From: Hadesarchaea archaeon | GTDB taxonomy: Archaea; Hadarchaeota; Hadarchaeia; Hadarchaeales; WYZ-LMO6 | Length of the DNA stretch: 21,058 nucleotides | NCBI GenBank assembly: GCA_029259185.1 | Contig: JAPDJF010000021.1 | Location: 1-21,058 of the forward strand | Direction: 5' to 3' | Shown: one piece after another, positions 15,857 through 21,058 of the stretch | Numbering within the stretch: the first letter of the stretch is position 1 | How the letters are laid out: every line of letters begins with the position of its first letter | The notes under the pieces: generated by a model | What the model was told of the DNA's origin: nothing | What the model saw: the letters and a program-made list of their open reading frames with translations, nothing else | Databases searched by the model: none | Program-made: the position numbers and the translations under genes

Positions 15857-17186
15857 ACTCTACGCTCTCAAGCCTTGGATAAGAGCCCTACCCGAGATAG
15901 AGGTGCCCAAGCGCCACATCCTGTTCAAAGAGAAATTCGTGTGGACGTCGCTCGCGCTCCTGATTTTCTTGGTGATGACTCAAGTTCCCCTCTACGGGAT
16001 CCAGAAGCCAACCGAGAGTTTCTTCGGTGCATTGAGGTACGTGCTGGCGAGTCATGCTGGGAGTATGGTGGAGCTGGGGATAGGGCCCATAGTCACTGCG
16101 GGCATAATCATGCAGTTACTCGTGGGGGCTAGGATAATAGGTTTGGATCTGAGCGACAGGGAGGATCGAGCACTCTTCACGGGAATTCAGAAGATGCTCG
16201 CCATCCTGGTGGCGGTGCTCGAGGGGGGAATGCTCGTGATGGGAGGATGGTACAGTGGAGGGGTAGCCCTCAGTACCGGCTCGAAACTTCTCCTCCTGTT
16301 CCAGCTCGTGCTGGGGTCGGTGGTGGTTCTGTATTTGGATGAGCTCGTTTCGAAATACGGGTTTGGGAGTGGAATAGGGCTGTTCATCGTGGGGGGGGTT
16401 GCCACCGAGGTGCTTTGGGAGGCCTTATCGCCCTTCACTTACCAAGGGGAGATAATAGGGGCAATACCCAACTTCCTCATCGCATTGGTTTCGGGGGGCG
16501 AGATCTCCGACACTTTCTTCAGGCACGGTGCGAACATGGCGGATATGTTCGGCGTGGTGGCCACGGTAGCGATCTTCCTCATCGCCGTGTATGCGGAAAG
16601 CATGCGCGTTGAGATTCCGATAGCCTATGGTAGGTTCGGAGGGATCAGGGGGAGATATCCCCTGAAGTTCATGTATACCTCGGTGATACCAGTCATATTG
16701 GCGACGGCGGTCTTCGCCAACTTGAGACTCTTGGCTCAGCTCTTCCCCTCCTTAGGTTTCTTGTCCCCCTACACGAGTGCACCCAACGGGATCTTCGAGG
16801 TGATGGACGATCCGGTGAGGGCGGGTGTGTACTTCGTGATATTGGTGGGACTCTGTGTGGGGTTCAGCAAGCTGTGGGTTTCGATAGCGGGGATGAGCGC
16901 TAGAGATATAGCTGAAAATTTGGACGCCTCGGGTTTTCTGATCCCCGGGTTCCGCCGTGACGTTCGCGTGATGGAGCAGTTCCTCTCGAGGTACATCGCC
17001 GGGCTGACGATCCTTAGTGGTTTCGCGATAGGTGCGCTCTCCGCCGTGGCGGATTTCTTGGGTGCACTCGGATCCGGAACGGGTATCTTGCTGACCGTGG
17101 GAATTACTTATAGCCTCTATGAGGAGATAACAAGGGAGCGCGTGAGCGAGATGTTCCCTGCATTCAGGAGGTTCTTCGGTGAATGA
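15828..17186 (+). CDS. secY: Protein translocase subunit SecY
   Basis: ELGIGPIVTAGIIMQLL, KYGFGSGIGLFI, YPLKFMYTSVIP, IPGFRRD and GTGILLTV. Confidence 0.97.
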   Translation: MSQEEKPRSRLYALKPWIRALPEIEVPKRHILFKEKFVWTSLALLIFLVMTQVPLYGIQKPTESFFGALRYVLASHAGSMVELGIGPIVTAGIIMQLLVGARIIGLDLSDREDRALFTGIQKMLAILVAVLEGGMLVMGGWYSGGVALSTGSKLLLLFQLVLGSVVVLYLDELVSKYGFGSGIGLFIVGGVATEVLWEALSPFTYQGEIIGAIPNFLIALVSGGEISDTFFRHGANMADMFGVVATVAIFLIAVYAESMRVEIPIAYGRFGGIRGRYPLKFMYTSVIPVILATAVFANLRLLAQLFPSLGFLSPYTSAPNGIFEVMDDPVRAGVYFVILVGLCVGFSKLWVSIAGMSARDIAENLDASGFLIPGFRRDVRVMEQFLSRYIAGLTILSGFAIGALSAVADFLGALGSGTGILLTVGITYSLYEEITRERVSEMFPAFRRFFGE

Positions 17187-17232
17187 AGCTCAAGAGGCTC
17201 ATCGGCAGCCCGTGAGGACTGGGGTGGGTAGG

Positions 17233-18036
17233 TTGCGCGAGGGAATAGTGATGCTCCTGCTCCTATTCGCCCTACTCGGAACTTTGGCGCTGATATTCTC
17301 TCACCGTGGGGGTGGTGATGTTAAGAACGTCTTGGGGGACATAGACCAATCCGTGGTTTCCCTTCGTCACGGGAACGAGAGTGGGGCCAAGAACTTCCTG
17401 AGCCGAGCTAAGAATGGGTATGTGGAAAAGATCCACCTCCTCGTGGAGAATGTTGACGAGGAGCTGGATGGTCGGATCCTCCGATCGTTCGATTCCTGTA
17501 TCTCGTCGCCCTCTGAGGAAAACGTCTTCTCTCTAAGGGATTTGGTAGTCGAGGGTGTGAGGGAGGCTGGGCTCTCCATACCCTTAACCTACGGCTACGG
17601 AACTCTCCTCGTGCTCGCGGTGTCCTTCCTCTTCGCCCTCCTCGTGACCCTTCTGACCAAATGCATGGTCGATTGGGAGAGGGTGAAACAGATCAAAGCC
17701 GAGGTGTCGGCATGGCAGAGGGAACTCAGGGATGCCCAGCGGAAGAGGGATATGAAAAGGGCCCATAAGTTGATGCTTGAACAGAAGCACATCCTTTCAC
17801 TCCAAGGGGAGATCATGAAATCGACTTTTCGGCCGACCCTAGTTTACCTAGTCCCGTGGTTGCTCATATGGGCCTCGCTGGGAAGGGTGTACTCGGGTTG
17901 GGTGATGGCCTGGCTTCCGTTCACGATCCCCCTCCCGTTCTACGGACACTGGACCTCATGTGGGTTCTTGGGATGGCTCTTCGTAACCTACTTCACTCTC
18001 TCGTACATGTGTAGAAGAATTTTGATAGGTGACTGA
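17233..18036 (+). CDS. DUF106 / EMC3-TMCO1 (Oxa1 superfamily) membrane protein with an extra N-terminal domain
   Basis: The C-terminal half shows TM - VDWERVKQIKAEV coiled coil - MKSTFRPT - TM - WLPF - GFLGWL, in the conserved position after secY. Start taken as TTG 17233 after GGGGTG; alternatives are 17179 and 17251. Confidence 0.8.
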   Translation: MREGIVMLLLLFALLGTLALIFSHRGGGDVKNVLGDIDQSVVSLRHGNESGAKNFLSRAKNGYVEKIHLLVENVDEELDGRILRSFDSCISSPSEENVFSLRDLVVEGVREAGLSIPLTYGYGTLLVLAVSFLFALLVTLLTKCMVDWERVKQIKAEVSAWQRELRDAQRKRDMKRAHKLMLEQKHILSLQGEIMKSTFRPTLVYLVPWLLIWASLGRVYSGWVMAWLPFTIPLPFYGHWTSCGFLGWLFVTYFTLSYMCRRILIGD

Positions 18037-18297
18037 TTGCCCGCACCGAGGTTCAGGTCCAAAGGGTACAAGATGCGTTCGATCCGCGTCCCGAGCGGGA
18101 GGTCCGCGGTTCATTATGAGAGGAAAAGAGCTGGGCAACCTAGGTGTGGCAGGTGCGGGAGCCCCCTCCTAGGGGTTCCGAGGGCGGACGTGATTCGAAA
18201 GCTGTCGAGATCGTCTAGGAGACCCACCCGTCCTTTTGGGGGAAACTTGTGTTCTAGGTGTGCACGTCGACTCATGAAGGAAATCGCCCGGGGGTGA
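18037..18297 (+). CDS. rpl34e: 50S ribosomal protein L34e
   Basis: PAPRFRS, RVPSGR, CGRCG and RPTRPFGGNLCSRC. Confidence 0.95.
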   Translation: MPAPRFRSKGYKMRSIRVPSGRSAVHYERKRAGQPRCGRCGSPLLGVPRADVIRKLSRSSRRPTRPFGGNLCSRCARRLMKEIARG

Positions 18298-18301
18298 AGG
18301 A

Positions 18302-18850
18302 GTGGTCGTGGTTGCGATCAGCGGGCCCCACGGGGTGGGTAAGAGCACGGTTGCGAAATCGGCGGCGAGGAGATTCGGTTTGAAATACGTTTCGGCGGGG
18401 GAGATCTTCAGGCGGCTCGCGGAGGAGAGGGGCATGGATCTTCAGGAGTTTTCTAAATACGTGGAACGTCATCCGGGAATCGACAGGCGGATCGATGGAT
18501 ACGTGAAAAAGATGGCTGGGAGGGGAAACGTCTTGGTGGACGGGAGACTGGCGGGGTGGATGATAAAGGATGCGGATCTGAAAGTGATGCTGGTGGCCCC
18601 GCTGGAGATCAGGGTCGAGCGGATGGTTGGAAGGGAAGGAAGAGGGTACGAGGAAGTGATGGAAGAGACGCTGGCTAGGGAGAGAAGTGAGAAGAAACGT
18701 TTTAAGAGATTGTACGGCATAGATGTGGACGATTGCTCGGTGTTCGATCTCGTGATCAACACCGGGAGGCTCTCGGTCGAGGAGGAGGTCACCATAATCG
18801 GGAAAGCTATCGAGATGATCAGGAGGAGGGCTGGGGGTGGAGATAGGTAG
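18302..18850 (+). CDS. cmk: Cytidylate kinase (archaeal type)
   Basis: P-loop GPHGVGKST, SAGEIFR, DGRLAGW and YGID, in the conserved L34e-cmk-L14e order. Confidence 0.92.
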   Translation: MVVVAISGPHGVGKSTVAKSAARRFGLKYVSAGEIFRRLAEERGMDLQEFSKYVERHPGIDRRIDGYVKKMAGRGNVLVDGRLAGWMIKDADLKVMLVAPLEIRVERMVGREGRGYEEVMEETLARERSEKKRFKRLYGIDVDDCSVFDLVINTGRLSVEEEVTIIGKAIEMIRRRAGGGDR

Positions 18851-19100
18851 GGTGTGTGTGAAAATAGCGGGAAGGGAGGCCGGGAACAAATGCGTCGTAG
18901 TCGAGTTGCTCGACGACACGTATGTGGTGGTGTGCGGCCCCAAGGTACGGAGGCGTAGGTGCAACATCAACCACCTTGAGCCCCTCGACCGAAAACTGGA
19001 CATCCCCCAAGGTGCCTCGGAGGAGGAGGTCCTGCGTGCGTTCGAAGCGGCGGGTTTGACCGAGCCGAAATCCGGAGCCCGGCCAAAGCCCTCGGGCTAG
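18837..19100 (+). CDS. rpl14e: 50S ribosomal protein L14e
   Basis: EIGRVCVKIAGREAG and VRRRRCNINHLEP. Confidence 0.95.
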   Translation: MEIGRVCVKIAGREAGNKCVVVELLDDTYVVVCGPKVRRRRCNINHLEPLDRKLDIPQGASEEEVLRAFEAAGLTEPKSGARPKPSG

Positions 19101-19110
19101 GAGATCGACG

Positions 19111-20097
19111 TTGGGAAAGTTACCCTCGGACGAGAGGCGGGAGGTGCTGGTCCGTGCACAGGATGTCACCGATCCGAGATACGGTTGTGAACCGAACAGG
19201 AGATCCATCCCAGACCACCTCAGGTTTGGGGTCTTGAATCTCGATAAGCCCGTGGGCCCGACCTCTCATGAGGTGGTAGCGTGGGTGAAATCCATCTTGG
19301 AACTCAGACGCGCGGGTCATTCGGGAACCCTGGACCCGAAGGTGAGCGGGGTGCTTCCGGTCGCGCTCGAAGAGGCGACGAAAGTACTGCAGGCATTACT
19401 TCCAGCTGGCAAAGAGTACGTATGCGTGATCCACCTCCACGGTGATGTTCCCCAGCACAGGTTGGAAGAGGTCATCCGGGAGTTCGAGGGGGAGATCTAT
19501 CAGCGTCCCCCTCTGAGGGCGGCCGTGAGACGGAGTCTGCGTAAGAGGAGGATATACTATGCGGAGATCCTTGAGAGGGAGGGGCGAGACGTCCTTCTGC
19601 GTGTGGGGTGCGAGGCGGGCACGTATCTGAGGAAATACAGTTTTGACATAGGCGAGGCACTGGGGTGCGGAGCTCACATGCGTGAGTTGCGGAGGACTAG
19701 GACTGGACCGTTCTCCGAGGATGAAACGCTGGTAAAATTCCACGATGTAGCGGACGCGTACGCATTCTGGAAAGAGGAGGGAAGGGAGGATCAGCTGAGG
19801 AGGGTTGTGCTCCCCGTCGAGGCAGCGGTGAGGCACTTGCCGAAAATCGTGGTTCGCGACGGGGCGGTGGACGCTCTCTGCCATGGTGCGGCTCTGGCGG
19901 CGCCTGGTGTCCTGAAGGTCGAGACGGGTATATCCCCAGGCGGGTTGGTGGGGGTGTTCACACTCAAGGGGGAACTGATATGTTTAGCTAGGGCAAGCCT
20001 CACCTCGAAACAGATATTCGAGGCGGATCATGGAATAGTGGCAAAACCGGAGCGCGTGATCATGCGACCCGGGACCTATCCTAGGAAGTGGAAGTGA
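19111..20097 (+). CDS. cbf5: H/ACA RNA-guided pseudouridine synthase Cbf5 (TruB family, PUA domain)
   Basis: LDKPVGPTSHEV, GHSGTLDP (catalytic Asp), YQRPP, MRELRRTR and a C-terminal PUA domain. Confidence 0.95.
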   Translation: MGKLPSDERREVLVRAQDVTDPRYGCEPNRRSIPDHLRFGVLNLDKPVGPTSHEVVAWVKSILELRRAGHSGTLDPKVSGVLPVALEEATKVLQALLPAGKEYVCVIHLHGDVPQHRLEEVIREFEGEIYQRPPLRAAVRRSLRKRRIYYAEILEREGRDVLLRVGCEAGTYLRKYSFDIGEALGCGAHMRELRRTRTGPFSEDETLVKFHDVADAYAFWKEEGREDQLRRVVLPVEAAVRHLPKIVVRDGAVDALCHGAALAAPGVLKVETGISPGGLVGVFTLKGELICLARASLTSKQIFEADHGIVAKPERVIMRPGTYPRKWK

Positions 20098-20322
20098 TCT
20101 CAAGAGTGGAGGCTTCGAGCTTCGGATCGTGGGAGCAGTAGTATCCCGCGCATGCGCCCCTGCTCAGCGACGGGACTTGTCAAGCGACACGGCCAAAGCT
20201 GGAGCGCCGAGTAGAGGTCCCATCTCCAAGCGTTAGCTCGGGCCCACCCTCGCTCGGGGAACATGGCGGGCCGCAATAAGACATGGGTTAGGGAAAATTC
20301 TTTTACCCTAGGGCGGTGCCCT

Positions 20323-20928
20323 ATGCTAAAGGGGTTGAGCCTGTACTCGGGCCCCACCGGTCCTGTGGTTTGGGATAGATTCGGCACGATGAAGCTCAGT
20401 CAACTCGTGAATCCCAGAGGAGCTCATGTCGCTGCGGGTGGATCACCTACCTACTACGCGGTGAGACCCCTCACCGACTTTCCGAGACACTTGGACCGGA
20501 TGGGAGTTCCAAAGCATGCGAGGGGGCGAATCCTTCCGAAGCCGGATGAGTGGGGGTGGGGACTGAGGATGGGTCTCGTTTCATCGGGGGATGAAATGGG
20601 TCTGAACGTGGGAAGGCTGACGAGATATTCAGAAGATTGGTTTACCGTTTTGACCTCTCTCGGTGTGTGTGCTAGAACCCAAATCAATAGATTCTATCAC
20701 GCAGATTTGCTGGCAGAACTCTATTCAGCGGCAACGGGTTTCGAAACGAATACGGGAGAGCTGATGAAAGCTGGAGAAAGGATCTGGAATCTCCTCAGGG
20801 GCATCAATGTGAGGGAGGGATTCGGTAGGAGGGACGACGAGTTCCCCCCAGAATGGCTTCGGGAAGGTTCGATGTTCGTAGACTATACCGGAAGAGTGAA
20901 GATCACCAGAGAAATAGCAGACATGTTC
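20323..20928 (+). pseudogene. Truncated AOR-family gene fragment (C-terminal domain only), interrupted at its 3' end
   Basis: Translated by hand (not in the track because no stop lies in the window): MLKGLSLY...NPRGAH...YSEDWFTVLTSLGVCAR...AELYSAATG...LMKAGERIWNLLRGINVREGFGRRDDEFPPEW...EIADMF. The N-terminal domain, CxxCxxxC and YY..RGWD end are all missing. An in-frame stop lies at 20212-20214. Confidence 0.75.
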
Positions 20929-21058
20929 TTGAATCAGGCTGTTTCGGGTTCCAAATCTTTAAACCCTGAAACTTCTCCGCTCCCCTCCGCCGGGTTCACC
21001 TCATCGCTTATGCTCGAACACCCCGGCCTCACGGGATGCATCGCGGAGCTATCGGGGT
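20929..21058 (-). mobile_element. Probable right end of an IS200/IS605-family tnpB element (TnpB C-terminal tail / omegaRNA region)
   Basis: The minus frame reads PDSSAMHPVRPGCSSISDEVNPAEGSGEVSGFKDLEPETA* (stop 20936-20934), followed directly by TTCAA (20933-20929). A subterminal bulged hairpin GTTTCGGGTT/AACCCTGAAAC lies at 20941-20950/20962-20972. AOR similarity stops at this junction. Confidence 0.6.

Noticed and set aside
19111-20097. Bulge-helix-bulge intron in cbf5, as known in Crenarchaeota
   Set aside because: The ORF is continuous and the GPTSHEV...GHSGTLDP motifs are uninterrupted.
20098-20150. tRNA downstream of cbf5 (CTCAAGA resembles a Leu-CAA anticodon loop)
   Set aside because: No anticodon stem, T-loop GTTCRA or acceptor stem can be built.
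184-20687. Numerous long antisense or alternate-frame ORFs in the track (e.g. 1490-2602, 7673-8758, 13155-13994)
   Set aside because: They shadow well-supported genes in GC-rich DNA and show no family motifs.

Overview
GC-rich archaeal chromosomal segment. The archaeal origin is clear from S4e/L32e/L19e/L34e/L14e, Cbf5, GAPOR and BRE/TATA promoters; a thermophilic euryarchaeote/Hadarchaeota-like host is only an impression. The left half (176-10324) is a tungsten/pterin-cofactor and acyl-CoA redox cluster: AOR-family oxidoreductase, an atypical acyl-CoA dehydrogenase, a FadH-like flavoenzyme, an MFS transporter, an atypical FdhD, GAPOR and two MoaD/SAMP ubiquitin-like proteins. The right half (10556-20097) is the distal spc ribosomal cluster, unusually starting at S4e and running through secY, DUF106/EMC3, L34e, cmk, L14e and cbf5, with no adk. 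A truncated AOR fragment follows. Both window edges appear to fall inside minus-strand IS200/IS605-type tnpB elements: a 5' end at 1-~110 and a 3' end with hairpin and TTCAA at 20929-21058 that interrupts the AOR fragment. The most intriguing unexplained stretch is the 334-bp gap between convergent fdhD and GAPOR. It has its own promoter-like motif, dense hairpins and a C/D-box-like module whose two guides are complementary to tRNA anticodon-loop-like sequences. All family assignments come from motif recognition by eye; no database searches were run.
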